Assembly: GCA_964291265.2 (NCBI GenBank)
Contig: OZ219747.1
Location: 1,888,001 to 1,952,000 of the forward strand
DNA from: Alphaproteobacteria bacterium
GTDB lineage: Bacteria > Pseudomonadota > Alphaproteobacteria > SP197
Length of the DNA: 64,000 nucleotides
Direction of reading: 5' to 3'
Under the pieces are notes generated by a model. It did not search any database, was not told where the DNA came from, and worked only from the letters and a program-made list of their open reading frames with translations. A program made the translations under genes and the position numbers. How positions within the stretch are numbered: the first letter of the stretch is position 1; every line of letters starts with the position of its first letter. Shown one piece after another: positions 1-10,745 of this stretch.

Positions 1-1043
1 GCTCCGCCGATCGTGCGGCGTGCCGATATGTCGCGCAGCAGCAGGCGATCGTTCCAGGCCGGCACCAGCGGTCCGTCGACACGCAGCTGCGCCAGTCCGC
101 TGCAACCGGGGGCAATCGCGGAATCCTCGAGCAGGGCGACGCGCCCGGTCACATGATCGGTCCCGTGGTGAACGTGCACGGCCTGCCAGTGCTTGAAGGC
201 CCGGCGTTCACTTTCCAGGATCGTCACCACCGCGTCGATCCGGCGCGACGGCGCCAGGATGTCCGGCGTCACGACCCAGTCCCCGCGACGGACGTCGTTG
301 CGGCCCAGCCCGGCGAGATTGATGGCGGCCCGTTCGCCGGCGCCAGCCCGATCCACCGGGCGGGCCTGGCCGCGAAGTGCCCGCGCCCGGGTGTCGAGTC
401 CGGCAGGAAGCACGGTGAGGGAGTCGCCGGTAGAGACTTCCCCGGAACAGATGGTTCCGGTCACCACCAGCCCGGCGCCCTTCATGATGAAGGATCGGTC
501 GACGGCAAGCCTGAATCCGCCCTCCCGGGCGGGAGCTGCCACGGCCTCTGCCGCATCCTCGAGATGGTGGCGCAGTCTGGAGAGACCTCTCCGGTCGACG
601 ACGGAGGTGGCGATCACGGCCCCGAGATCCATGCCGTGATCGCTCACCAGGGCTTCGGCTGCAGCGGCGCTGCGCGAGACGAGCTCACCGGTAACGCGGT
701 CGGCCTTGGTGACGGCGATCACCACCTGCCGGACGCCGAGAAGGGAGAGTACAGCCACGTGTTCGCTCGTTTGCGGCATGACGCCATCGTCGGCCGCGAC
801 AGCGAGAAGGCCGAGATCGACCCGAGAGAGGCCGGCCACCATGTTCCGCACGAATCGTTCGTGGCCCGGCACGTCGATGAAGCCGATGCGCCGTCCGCAC
901 GGCGGATCGAGCCATGCGTATCCAAGATCGATGGTGAGGCCGCGCCGCCTTTCTTCCGACAGCCGGTCGGTGTCGACGCCCGTCAACGCGGCCACAAGCG
1001 ATGTCTTGCCGTGGTCCACGTGACCGGCCGTGGCGATGATCAT
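1..1043 (-). CDS. selB: Selenocysteine-specific elongation factor SelB (runs off window start)
   Basis: Minus strand from ATG 1043 reads [16 protein letters not shown] (G1 motif of SelB). The start overlaps the selA stop (ATGA). Not in the ORF track because it is truncated by the window edge. Confidence 0.93.
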   Translation of the reverse strand, partial: MIIATAGHVDHGKTSLVAALTGVDTDRLSEERRRGLTIDLGYAWLDPPCGRRIGFIDVPGHERFVRNMVAGLSRVDLGLLAVAADDGVMPQTSEHVAVLSLLGVRQVVIAVTKADRVTGELVSRSAAAAEALVSDHGMDLGAVIATSVVDRRGLSRLRHHLEDAAEAVAAPAREGGFRLAVDRSFIMKGAGLVVTGTICSGEVSTGDSLTVLPAGLDTRARALRGQARPVDRAGAGERAAINLAGLGRNDVRRGDWVVTPDILAPSRRIDAVVTILESERRAFKHWQAVHVHHGTDHVTGRVALLEDSAIAPGCSGLAQLRVDGPLVPAWNDRLLLRDISARRTIGG

Positions 1044-2419
1044 GGAAGATCCAGATCCCGCAGTCCGGCGCGGAACGCGTCGCTGTCGTCCAGGCAGCGC
1101 AGGTCAAGCAGGAGAGCGCCGCTCCTGATGGACCCGATGACGGGCCGAGGCAGGTGTCGCAGGGCGGCTGCGAGTCGCCGCAGACGCCGGTCCGAACCGC
1201 GTCCGGAATCTGCCGGACGAATGGCAAGGCCGGCACTGGGGAGGGTGGAGACGGGCTGTGCTCCGCTTCCTATCTGGCTTTCCAGGGGAACGACCTCGAC
1301 CGTGAAGGCGGGTGTGAGGGCGCCGGCGAGGTCACTCTCGAGCTCCCTGGCCTCGCGCATGATGTCGGCGGCGGCCCGCGTCAGCAGGCGCAGGACCGGG
1401 AGCGTGCGGGGCAGGCTCTCGGGATCCTCGTAGAGAGCCAGCGTTGCTTCAAGTGCCGCCAGCGTCGTCTTGTCGGGACGCATCGCCCGCATCATCGGAT
1501 TCGACGACATGCGGCTGACGAGATCGGCTCGTCCGACGACGATTCCGGCCTGGGGTCCTCCCAGAAGCTTGTCACCGCTGAAGGTCACGAGATCCACCCC
1601 GTGGGCCACGATATCGGCCACCACCGGTTCCCTGGGCAGACCCCAGCGGCTGAAATCGACCAGCGCTCCACTGCCGAGATCAACCGCGAAGGGTACGCCA
1701 TGGACCCTGGCGAGGCGTGCGAGTTCGGCTTCCTGCACTGCCGATGCAAAGCCCTGGATCACGTAGTTGCTTGTGTGGACTTTCAGCAACAGTCCGGTTC
1801 CAGGGCCGAGCGCCTCTTCGTAGTCGGCAAGGTGCGTCCGGTTCGTGGCCCCCACCTCCACCAACCGGGCACCGGCCCTCGCCATGATGGCCGGCAGGCG
1901 AAAGGCGCCGCCGATCTCCACCAGTTCTCCCCGTGAGACGGGAACCTGGCGTCGCAGCGCCAGCGTGTTGAGAAGCAGCATGACCGCGGCGGCATTGTTG
2001 TTGACGACAAGTGCGCTGTCGGCGCCCGTCAGGCGTTGCAGACGGTGTGCGACATCGGCCCCGCGGCTGCCCCGCCTGCCGCTTTCGAGATCGTACTCCA
2101 GTGCCGAGGGACCCGAAGCGACCCGCACCATGGCTTCGATGGCCGGCGCCGCCAGTGGTGCGCGTCCGAGATTGGTGTGAATGACCGTGCCGGTGAGATT
2201 GAAGACCCGACGCGGACCCGACTCCATGCGTGTCCTGCAGAAAGCCTCGACGAGAGCCGGGCCCTTGCCGGTCGCCCAGTCAACGGCTGAATGGTGGCGA
2301 ATGATGTCGCGCACGCCTTCCTTTGCCAGGCGCCGCCCATAGAGATCCTGAATGCCGGCCATGGCCGGCATGCGCAGTATGGTGTCCACGCTTGGCGGGC
2401 GTCGGGTGGCATCCACCAT
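1040..2419 (-). CDS. selA: L-seryl-tRNA(Sec) selenium transferase
   Basis: C-terminal part of ORF 1040..4636 contains NLTGTVIHTNLGRAPL, VNNNAAAV, SRGELVEIGGAFR and FSGDKLLGGPQAG. Start placed at MVDATRR. Confidence 0.95.
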   Translation of the reverse strand: MVDATRRPPSVDTILRMPAMAGIQDLYGRRLAKEGVRDIIRHHSAVDWATGKGPALVEAFCRTRMESGPRRVFNLTGTVIHTNLGRAPLAAPAIEAMVRVASGPSALEYDLESGRRGSRGADVAHRLQRLTGADSALVVNNNAAAVMLLLNTLALRRQVPVSRGELVEIGGAFRLPAIMARAGARLVEVGATNRTHLADYEEALGPGTGLLLKVHTSNYVIQGFASAVQEAELARLARVHGVPFAVDLGSGALVDFSRWGLPREPVVADIVAHGVDLVTFSGDKLLGGPQAGIVVGRADLVSRMSSNPMMRAMRPDKTTLAALEATLALYEDPESLPRTLPVLRLLTRAAADIMREARELESDLAGALTPAFTVEVVPLESQIGSGAQPVSTLPSAGLAIRPADSGRGSDRRLRRLAAALRHLPRPVIGSIRSGALLLDLRCLDDSDAFRAGLRDLDLP

Positions 2420-2494
2420 CGCCGCTGTCCCCTGGGGTTTGAACGGCGTCATGCTAGCTGGTTTGAACCGACGATGCAGGATAGGGTCGCCGCC

Positions 2495-4591
2495 ATGACA
2501 GAACACCGCCTTCGCCCGCTTCTCGAACCCCGCTCCATCGCCCTGGTGGGCGCCTCGGCACGTCCCGATTCGTTCGGCTATGCCACCTTGCGCAACCTCG
2601 CCGGCCCGCACTACGGGGGCAGGGTCCACGCGGTCAATCCTCGCTACGACAGGATCGATGACATCGACTGCCATCCCTCGCTTGGCGATGTCCCGGGAGG
2701 CGTCGAGCATGCCGTTCTCTCGGTTGCGAATGCCCGCATCGAGGCAGCCCTCGTCGATGCGGTCGAGGCGGGTGTGCGTTCGGTGACCATCTTCGGCAGC
2801 GTTTATCTCGAGGGGGATACGGCCGAATCGAATCTCAAGGATCGCCTGCAGGGGATCGCGAGGGAGGCGGGACTTCTCGTCATCGGCGCGAACTGCATGG
2901 GTTACGTGAACTACTCGGTCGGTGCCCGGGTCACGTGGATGAACGTGTCGGAAGACGGCTGGTTTGATCCGGGGCACATCACTCTCATCAGCCATTCGGG
3001 CACCTGCTTTCTGACCCTGCAATTCACCGACCCGAGGCACCGGCACAACCTCTGTATTTCGGCGGGCCAGGAGCTCACGGTGACGGCCGCCGACTACATC
3101 GACTATGCGCTCGACAAGGAGAGTACGCGGGTCATCGCGCTCTTCCTCGAGACGGTACGCGATCCCGATGGCTTCCGGGCGGCCCTTGACAGGGCGGCCG
3201 GGGCGAACATTCCGGTTGTGGCGATCAAGGTGGGTCGAATCAGCCGGAGTGCGGAGCTGGCGCGCAGTCACTCCGGTGCGCTCGCCGGAAACGACGCCGC
3301 GTACGAAGCGGTCTTCGACCATTACGGCGTGCTGCGGGTCGACAACTGGAATGAACTCGCCGCGGCCAGCCGTCTCTTTGCGCACCACAAGGAGCTCGCT
3401 CCCGGGGGGCTTGCAGGAATCATGGATTCGGGCGGCGCCCGCGGCATGCTGCTCGATCTTGCAGCGAGGATGGACGTTCCCTTCGCCGATATCGGCGACG
3501 ACACGGCAAGGGCGCTCGCGGGTCTCCTGGAGTACGGTCTCGAACCGGTGAACCCGACAGATGTGTGGGGCTCGGGCAGGGATTGGCAGGATGTCTATAC
3601 GGGCTCCATGAAGGCCCTGGCCGATGATCCCGCGTCGGCCATGACGGGACTCTTCGCGGACTTCGGCGAGAGCAGGACAGGCGGTGCCGCATACCTCGAT
3701 CTCTGCGAGAAGATCGAGCGGGAGACGGCGAAGCCGGTCTTCTTCTGTCAGCACTGGAGCCGGGCCATGGACCCGGAGATGACGAGGAGGACGGCGGCGA
3801 GTCCGATACTCGTCATTGACGGCACCGAGACCTTCCTCGCCGCAGTGCGCCTTGCCATGCAGCGCCGCGACCGGATGGACGATTCCCCAGGCGACATGGC
3901 TCCCGTCCCCGCGGAACCGGTGATCGAACACTGGCGCCACCGCCTTGCCGGAGCCGGGGCGCTCGATGAGAACGAGGGCCTCGCCCTCCTCGAGAGTTTC
4001 GGCATCGTCGCTCCGGCAAGGCAGATGGCGGCCTCGGCCGACGAGTGCGTCGCGGCTGCCGCCGCCATCGGCTGGCCCGTGGTCCTCAAGACAGCCGCCA
4101 GCGGTCTCCTGCACAAGACCGAAGCCTCCGGTGTCATTCTCGCAGTCGGCAACGAAGACGATGTCGTGCGAGGCTGGCATGATCTCGCGGGGAGGCTGGG
4201 TCCGCGGGTGCTGGTGGAGGCCATGGCTCCCCGCGGGGTGGAGATGGCGGCCGGCATCGTCGTCGACGGACAGTTCGGGCCCCTTGTGATGATTGCCGCA
4301 GGAGGGGTTCTCGTCGAGACGCACGCCGACCGCAGGTTCCTTCTCCCTCCTGCCGGACGGGCAAGCGTGCGCCGCGCCATCGATCAGCTCGCCTGCCGGG
4401 CCCTCCTCGATGGTGTGAGAGGCGGCGAAGCGGTGGACGTGGATGCCCTGGTCGACGCCGTCGCCAGGCTCTCCGTCATCGCCACGACCCTGGGCGACTG
4501 CCTTGCCGAACTCGACATCAACCCGTTCATCGTCCACCCGCAGGGTTGTCAGGCGGTCGACGCCCTCGTCCTCCCGCGGGTCCATCCCTGA
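2495..4591 (+). CDS. Acetate/acyl-CoA ligase (ADP-forming) family protein
   Basis: PRSIALVGAS CoA-binding N-terminus, GANCMG, SHSGALAG and a C-terminal ATP-grasp region (ELDINP). Confidence 0.88.
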   Translation: MTEHRLRPLLEPRSIALVGASARPDSFGYATLRNLAGPHYGGRVHAVNPRYDRIDDIDCHPSLGDVPGGVEHAVLSVANARIEAALVDAVEAGVRSVTIFGSVYLEGDTAESNLKDRLQGIAREAGLLVIGANCMGYVNYSVGARVTWMNVSEDGWFDPGHITLISHSGTCFLTLQFTDPRHRHNLCISAGQELTVTAADYIDYALDKESTRVIALFLETVRDPDGFRAALDRAAGANIPVVAIKVGRISRSAELARSHSGALAGNDAAYEAVFDHYGVLRVDNWNELAAASRLFAHHKELAPGGLAGIMDSGGARGMLLDLAARMDVPFADIGDDTARALAGLLEYGLEPVNPTDVWGSGRDWQDVYTGSMKALADDPASAMTGLFADFGESRTGGAAYLDLCEKIERETAKPVFFCQHWSRAMDPEMTRRTAASPILVIDGTETFLAAVRLAMQRRDRMDDSPGDMAPVPAEPVIEHWRHRLAGAGALDENEGLALLESFGIVAPARQMAASADECVAAAAAIGWPVVLKTAASGLLHKTEASGVILAVGNEDDVVRGWHDLAGRLGPRVLVEAMAPRGVEMAAGIVVDGQFGPLVMIAAGGVLVETHADRRFLLPPAGRASVRRAIDQLACRALLDGVRGGEAVDVDALVDAVARLSVIATTLGDCLAELDINPFIVHPQGCQAVDALVLPRVHP

Positions 4592-4964
4592 TCCCCGGGA
4601 CCGTCGACACCCTGTCGCCGGAAGCCGCTGAGGCATGACGACACGCGGATGTGGTTCCGATCATGCATCTGTTCTCAAGGAGCTCGTGCACGTCTGCCCG
4701 GACCCCATCAAGGTCCACAGATCAGCGATGCTGCCGGCTGGCCAAGCCGTGGAAGCGAGCCGGGTTCCACGTGGTTGCAACGCTTGAGGCCGCATACATG
4801 CGGGACGTTGAAAGCTCCCGGGCCGGCCGGTTCCGGTTCGTCACTCCACTCGGGGACGTGGCGGCCGATGCACGTCACGAGTCACCTGCTCGTCATCGGC
4901 CACCCAACAGTCCATCGCGGGAGCATCATGTCGCCACCGGGGGCCGCGGCGCCCGTGAGCTGCG

Positions 4965-5711
4965 TCAGGCGATGAACGCGAAGTCACCGGCCGTGAGTTC
5001 CGCGCTCCAGTCCTCAAGGGTCAGGGTGTCGTCCCCGAAGTGGATCACCGTATTGCCGTCCGCCTTGCGGATGTCGAGGTCGCCGAATCCGGCAACCCCG
5101 GCGATCTTCTTCAGAATGATGGTGTCCCCTTTCTGGAAGTCCGCGATGACGTCGTCGCTCACGCCCTTGTAGACGAATTCATCGTTCCCGGCCCCGCCGA
5201 TGAGCCTGTCGTTGCCCGGGCCCCCGTGCAGCCGGTCGTTCCCGGCCCCGCCGTCGAGCGTGTCGTTGCCCTTGCCACCCTGCAGCCGGTCGTTCCCGTC
5301 CCCGCCGTTGAGCGTGTCGTCGCCCATGTTGCCATGGAGGATGTCGTCTTGCTTGCCTCCATGGATCTCGTCGTTGCCCTTCTTGCCAAAAATTTCGGCC
5401 CCGACGTAGCCGTGGACCACTTCGTTCGCGTCCGTGCCCACGGGCGGCCAAACCCCGTCTTCGACCGCAACGTACCGAAGGTTCTTCTCCAGGTCGATCT
5501 TCGACTGGGGTACTCGGAATTCAATAGCGAAAGCAACGATATCTTGATCACTGAGGGGGGATCCATCTCTCCGGATGATCGTCCACGCCGATCGTGAATC
5601 GAGAACGCGGACCTCCCACCCCTCGGGCAATTCAATGACATCCTGTTCGGGATCAAACTCCCACAGGATTGCTTGCTTGATGGGTCTGTAGACTTTGCCT
5701 GACGTGGTCAT
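4965..5711 (-). CDS. RTX/hemolysin-type calcium-binding repeat protein
   Basis: About 8 nonapeptide GGxGNDxLx repeats and a DVIADF...GDTI C-terminus typical of T1SS substrates. Confidence 0.8.
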   Translation of the reverse strand: MTTSGKVYRPIKQAILWEFDPEQDVIELPEGWEVRVLDSRSAWTIIRRDGSPLSDQDIVAFAIEFRVPQSKIDLEKNLRYVAVEDGVWPPVGTDANEVVHGYVGAEIFGKKGNDEIHGGKQDDILHGNMGDDTLNGGDGNDRLQGGKGNDTLDGGAGNDRLHGGPGNDRLIGGAGNDEFVYKGVSDDVIADFQKGDTIILKKIAGVAGFGDLDIRKADGNTVIHFGDDTLTLEDWSAELTAGDFAFIA

Positions 5712-6479
5712 GAGATTGTGCCCCCCTGTTCCTGGGCCGCGAACTTGCCGCCCTGACCCTGCTGTTTACCCGTTCCCGCCCCGGCATGCAATTCCCGGAG
5801 GAAACAGTGCGGGCAGGTTCTGCCGCCTGTTCCCGGCTGGCATCTTCGGCCCGACGGCCTGTCGGCAGTGCCCGCCCGAGACGTCGGTCGGCGGCGCCGA
5901 CGCATCCGCTCGGGACGCGGTCGCGCAGACCAGCGGAGCCCCTGCTCGAGGCGGAGGCTTGTTCCCGGATGGACGGTCCTGGTCTGGTTGAGTTCGCCGA
6001 TCAGCGGAGTCTTGATGACACCCGACCGCAGGCTCTCGTTGAAGGTGCTGTGCGACACGCCCAGTGCACGGGCAATAGGCGCGTCCGCCCGGAACCCGGG
6101 GCCGCATCCCCCGGCGCGCCGCGGCAGGGGCCGGGAAGATCACTCGTGCGTCCCGTGGCCGCCGCGGTGCGCCGAAGACCGCCTCGCCCCTGGCCTCCCG
6201 GTGCTTCTCCGCACGCCAGACATCGAAGGCCCTCGCCGGATCGACACGGCGCACGCCGCACCGTCAAGAACCTGGCGATGCCCAGAGCCCAGAGCCCGGG
6301 GCCTGTCGACGGGTGTCGTGACGGGTGGCATGGCAGTCAACAGGGCTCGGGATGGGAGACGTGTGCCTTGCCTGATCGCCGATGACGGCCCACGAGAAGG
6401 AGGAGGCGATGGGTCGTGGCATCGGCTCCCTGGAGCGGAACGAGGCGTTGTTGATGGATCCCGGGACGTGGAGCAGAGC

Positions 6480-6640
6480 ACTACGGGTGCCTCCATTCAC
6501 GGCGGAACCCCACGCCTTCTACTTCAGACCCGAAACCGAACCCGGCGGGCTCAATCAGCTGGTCGATGGGATGGAGGCGGATGAGCTCGCTCGAAAGCAG
6601 GCTCAGGTGATCATTTCCGACATCGATCTGCTGGCGCCTG
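6480..6640 (+). pseudogene. Probable VapBC toxin-antitoxin remnant
   Basis: PFTAEPHAFYFRP...LNQLVDGMEADELARK resembles an antitoxin C-terminus and is followed by (V)IISDIDLL, a PIN-domain N-terminus, then degenerates. Recognised from memory only. Confidence 0.35.
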
Positions 6641-6690
6641 TCCCCGAGACAAGGCGCATTGCGAGATGCGCTGTCAGCCGCGGACAGACG

Positions 6691-7599
6691 TCATGGCCGG
6701 AACGTCGGGTGTCCGGGATGTCCGACACGCAGGCGCAGAAAGGTCGTTTCCGCGGTGACGAAGAGATCGCGCATGTCGTCGCCCCCGAAGCAGAAGTTGG
6801 CCGGAAACCGGGGGGTCAGGATGACGCCGAGCAGGGTGGCGTCCGCATCGAAGACATGGATTCCGCCCGGGCCGCCGCACCACACGTTTCCCATGGCATC
6901 GACCTTCATGCCGTCCGGCGAGCCATCTCCAAGCGCGCCGTCGTCGTCCCGCGTCTCGGCGAAGAGCAGGCCGCCCGAGGCGCCGCCCTCGGCGTCGATC
7001 TCGTAGGCCCTGATGTGCTGACGTTCGCTGTCGTTGACGTAAAGGCGTGACTTGTCGGGCGAGAAGCAGAGACCGTTCGGCCCGTCGTAGTCGTCGTCGA
7101 CGAGGTGAAGGGTGCCGGAAGCGTCGATCCGGAAGACGCCGCGGAAGGGCAGGCCCGGCTCGCGCGTCACGCCTGTGTGGCCCGTCCGGCCGTAGAGTGG
7201 ATCGGTGAACCAGATCCCGCCGCGATCGTCGACGACAATGTCATTGGGGCTGTTCAGTTCGTTGCCCTGCCAGGCGTTCGCCAGCACGGTCACCTCGCCA
7301 TCGTGCTCGAGACGGCTGACCCGGCTGGAGGCGTGCTCGCACATCAGCAGCCGGCCCCGGGCGTCGTAGCAGGTGCCGTTGGTCATGTTGCTGGGTTCGC
7401 GCAGGACTTCGAACCTGCCGGTCGAGGCGTGCCAGCGGTGAATGCGGTTCGACGGAATGTCGGTGAACGTCACATGGCGTTCCGTCGGATGCCAGGACGG
7501 ACCTTCCGTGAACCTGAACCCCTCGGCCAGCGTTTCGAAGACGGAATCCTCGACGACGAGATCCCTGAAACGGTCGTGGGCGGCGCGATAGATGGACAT
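6691..7599 (-). CDS. SMP-30/gluconolactonase/LRE family protein
   Basis: FTEGP, NSPND, PNGLCFSPD and PDGMKVD motifs. Confidence 0.92.
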   Translation of the reverse strand: MSIYRAAHDRFRDLVVEDSVFETLAEGFRFTEGPSWHPTERHVTFTDIPSNRIHRWHASTGRFEVLREPSNMTNGTCYDARGRLLMCEHASSRVSRLEHDGEVTVLANAWQGNELNSPNDIVVDDRGGIWFTDPLYGRTGHTGVTREPGLPFRGVFRIDASGTLHLVDDDYDGPNGLCFSPDKSRLYVNDSERQHIRAYEIDAEGGASGGLLFAETRDDDGALGDGSPDGMKVDAMGNVWCGGPGGIHVFDADATLLGVILTPRFPANFCFGGDDMRDLFVTAETTFLRLRVGHPGHPTFRP

Positions 7600-8305
7600 G
7601 ACCTACTCCCGCCTCGGACCGCCGCCCGGCTTGCCGGCGTGGGACGGCCGGCTGAGTGAAGCCGCCGGTGCGCCGCCTCCCACGAAGGTTCGGCGCCAGG
7701 TCCGCGAGGCGGGCCATGAACACGGTCCGCAGGCGATCGTCACCGGCATGGTGGTCAGTCCCTCCGCTCCGCCAGCTTCCAGTGCGATGAGGCTTACCAT
7801 CACGCTCGATGATGCGCCAGACAAGACACAATGCGCCTTGACAGGCGATGCGCCGATCAGGCTGTCCAGTCCCCCGATACAGTTGAAGCGTGCGTTTGTG
7901 CCCCGTATTGGTCAGATGAAGGAAGCTCAGCCATGAACCGCGCGGTCCTGGAGGAAGCTGACCTGGTCATGCCTCGATTCACCGCGTTCATGAAGGCAGG
8001 GGAGATGACGGGCATCGAGGGCCCGTTCAGAACCGTCGATCACCCGAGAGATACCCCGCTGGAGCTGCCGTGACGCGGTCTATGCAGCCTGCCGGGAAAG
8101 AACACTGAACGTCGCAGGTTCACACCGCTTCTGCCCTTGACGAGAATCGATGGACAACCCTTCGCTTCGCGCTGGCGGCGCCGGGATGCGGCGAAGGCCG
8201 CGTCGACCGTCGGCCGGTGGTTGCCCGCCGGACTGCGGGATCACCTTTGACACGCCTGCAGCAGGGTGTACAGGATAGGGACGGTGCTCGACGCGAGAGG
8301 CCTTC

Positions 8306-9238
8306 GTGAGCGGTTTTCCCTATTCCCGCGTGGCGGTCACGGGAGGCAGCGGCCGGCTGGGTCGCTACGTGGCAAGGCATCTGGAAGCGATCTGCGATGT
8401 CACCGTCATCGATGTCGAGGCCGGTGACGGCCGGGTGACTCCGTGTGACGTGCGTGATATCGATGCCGTGCGGAGAGCGCTGCAGGGATGCCAGGCGGTG
8501 GTCCACCTGGCGGCCCTCGATGATGGCATCGTCGAGGAGGAGGAAGCCTACGTCGACGTCAACCTGCGAGGCACGTGGAACGTCCTGCAGGCATCCGAGG
8601 AACTCGGCGTCTCGCGCGTGGTGCTGGCCTCGAGCGTGGCCGCACTCGGAATGGGCGCCGACAATCCGCCGGGCGTGCTGCCGTTGCCGGTGGAGACCGA
8701 GCTGCGGCCCCGTCAGGCCTACGGCGTGACGAAGAAGGTGGCGGAGCAGTTCGCCCGGACCTTCGTTGACCGGGGACGCCTCGAGGTCATCTCGCTCAGG
8801 CCCAGCCTTGTCGCCCAGCCGGACATCACCTGGTCCATGGCGCAGACGGCTGCCGAGGCCGATGGTACCGAGCCGCCGCCTGCCGCCAGCGGGACGGGCT
8901 GGCGGCTCCTGCGCGAGCCGCTGGCTGTCACGAGGGCCTTCGTCTCTCCCGATGACGCGGCCAGGGCCTTCCGCGCCGCCCTCGCGGTGCGCGGCATCCG
9001 CTGCGGCAGCTTCTATGTCACCGGTCCGGACACCTGTTCGGCCCTGGATACCATCGAGGCCATCGAGCGGTCATGCGGTCACCGGCCGGCGATCATTGAC
9101 GCGGCACTCTACCGGCGCGATCCGCGCGCCAGCGCCTTTGACCTGCGACCATCGAGGGAGGTCCTGGGGTGGCAGCCCGAGGACTGCTGGGCCGATCACC
9201 TCGCCCGCGTCATGGCCTCTGCCGGAGCGTCGCCATGA
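8306..9238 (+). CDS. NAD-dependent epimerase/dehydratase
   Basis: VTGGSGRLG Rossmann motif, VVHLAA, YGVTK. Confidence 0.85.
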   Translation: MSGFPYSRVAVTGGSGRLGRYVARHLEAICDVTVIDVEAGDGRVTPCDVRDIDAVRRALQGCQAVVHLAALDDGIVEEEEAYVDVNLRGTWNVLQASEELGVSRVVLASSVAALGMGADNPPGVLPLPVETELRPRQAYGVTKKVAEQFARTFVDRGRLEVISLRPSLVAQPDITWSMAQTAAEADGTEPPPAASGTGWRLLREPLAVTRAFVSPDDAARAFRAALAVRGIRCGSFYVTGPDTCSALDTIEAIERSCGHRPAIIDAALYRRDPRASAFDLRPSREVLGWQPEDCWADHLARVMASAGASP

Positions 9239-10743
9239 CCATGCTCTTGAGGGGCGGGCGTATCCTCGATGCCGAAGCCCGGGATGCGCCCTATCGCGAC
9301 CTGATGATCAGGGACGGCGCCATCCTTGACGTGATGCCGCCTGGAACCGGCGGCCCCGAGGGCGCCCCGGAGAGGGATGTTTCCGGTTATCTCGTCATAC
9401 CCGGACTCGTCAACGGCCATACCCATGGCCACGGCAGTCTCGGCAAGGGCCGCGGCGACCGCTGGTCCCTGGAGCTTCTGCTCAATGCCGGCGTGTGGAT
9501 CAGCGGCCAGCGCACCGCCGAGGACATGTACCTTGCCACGCTTCTCAATGCCGCGGAGATGATCCGTCGGGGGTGCACGGCCTCCTATGACCTGACCCTC
9601 GAGTTGCCGCACCCCAGTGCCGCCGGCATCCGCGAGGTGGCCAGGGCCTACGAGGATGCCGGCATGCGGGCCATCGTCGCCCCCATGGTGGCGGACATCG
9701 GTTTCCACGACCTTGTGCCGGGTCTCGGCGAGGCCATGGGCCCCGGGCTGCGGGACACCGTGAAGGCATGGAAACCCGAACCCTGGCAGGTGGCGCTTGA
9801 CGCCTGCCGCGACATCGTCCGGGACTGGTCCCCGGCGAGCGACATGGTGCGCCCCGGCCTCGCTCCGACCATCCCGATGCACTGCACGGATGACTTTCTC
9901 AAGGCCTGCCGGGATTTCGCCAGGGAGCATTGCCTGCCTGTGCACATGCACATGGCGGAATCGAAGCTCCAGTCCATTCTCGGTCATGAGACCTATGGCA
10001 TGTCGCTCACTCGCCATGTCGACGGGATCGGGCTCGTGGACGAACGGTTCACGGCGGCACATGGTGTCTGGCTCGATGACGACGAGGTGCGTCTTCTCGC
10101 TGATCGGGGCGCCTCGGTGGTCCACAATCCGGGCAGCAATCTGCGGCTTGGATCGGGCCTTGCCGCGGTGCGCCGCATGCTTCAGGCCGGACTCAACGTT
10201 GCCGTGGGCTCGGACGGCTCCAACTCTTCGGACAACCAGAACATGTTCGAGGCGATGCGCCTTTGCGCCTATGTGTCGCGGATCATGACACACGATCTCT
10301 CCCGGTGGGTGTCGGCTGAGGAAGCTTTCCGGATGACCACCCTGGGTGGCGCCCGCGCCATGGGCCTCGAAGGCAGGATCGGACGGATCGCACCGGGATA
10401 CCTGGCGGATCTCGTCTTCATCGATCTGGGGGATCTCTCCTGGCTGCCCCTCAACGATCCGCTCAACCAGCTGGTCTATGCTGACGATGGCGGGGCGGTC
10501 GACCATGTGATGATCAACGGCCGCATGGTCTATGAAAACCGACGGTTCACGACCATCGACACCGATGTCCTCGCAACACGGATCAACGGCGCCATGGAAC
10601 GCCTCAACGCGGCGACTGGCGAAAGGCGTGAGGTGGTGACGGCCCTCGAGCCGATCGTGGCCAACCTCTGCGTCTGCTTCATGTCAAGGTCGTGGCACCT
10701 CAGCCGCATATGCGAACGGACAGGAGGGAGGGAGGAGCGGTGA
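9235..10743 (+). CDS. Metal-dependent amidohydrolase (MTA/SAH or triazine deaminase-like)
   Basis: PGLVNGHTH, HMAE, AHGVW, GSDG and ADLV motifs; ATG overlaps the upstream stop. Confidence 0.88.
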   Translation: MTMLLRGGRILDAEARDAPYRDLMIRDGAILDVMPPGTGGPEGAPERDVSGYLVIPGLVNGHTHGHGSLGKGRGDRWSLELLLNAGVWISGQRTAEDMYLATLLNAAEMIRRGCTASYDLTLELPHPSAAGIREVARAYEDAGMRAIVAPMVADIGFHDLVPGLGEAMGPGLRDTVKAWKPEPWQVALDACRDIVRDWSPASDMVRPGLAPTIPMHCTDDFLKACRDFAREHCLPVHMHMAESKLQSILGHETYGMSLTRHVDGIGLVDERFTAAHGVWLDDDEVRLLADRGASVVHNPGSNLRLGSGLAAVRRMLQAGLNVAVGSDGSNSSDNQNMFEAMRLCAYVSRIMTHDLSRWVSAEEAFRMTTLGGARAMGLEGRIGRIAPGYLADLVFIDLGDLSWLPLNDPLNQLVYADDGGAVDHVMINGRMVYENRRFTTIDTDVLATRINGAMERLNAATGERREVVTALEPIVANLCVCFMSRSWHLSRICERTGGREER

Positions 10744-10745
10744 CG

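Noticed and set aside
153-1433. 426-aa plus-strand ORF and many similar long overlapping ORFs
   Set aside because: Antisense shadows of selB/selA and other real genes in high-GC DNA.
2420-4636. 1198-aa ORF as a SelA fusion protein
   Set aside because: The N-terminal ~740 aa is the antisense shadow of the acyl-CoA ligase gene.
7600-8300. Intergenic region with a short ORF (MNRAVLEEAD...)
   Set aside because: No recognisable motif, RNA structure or repeat.
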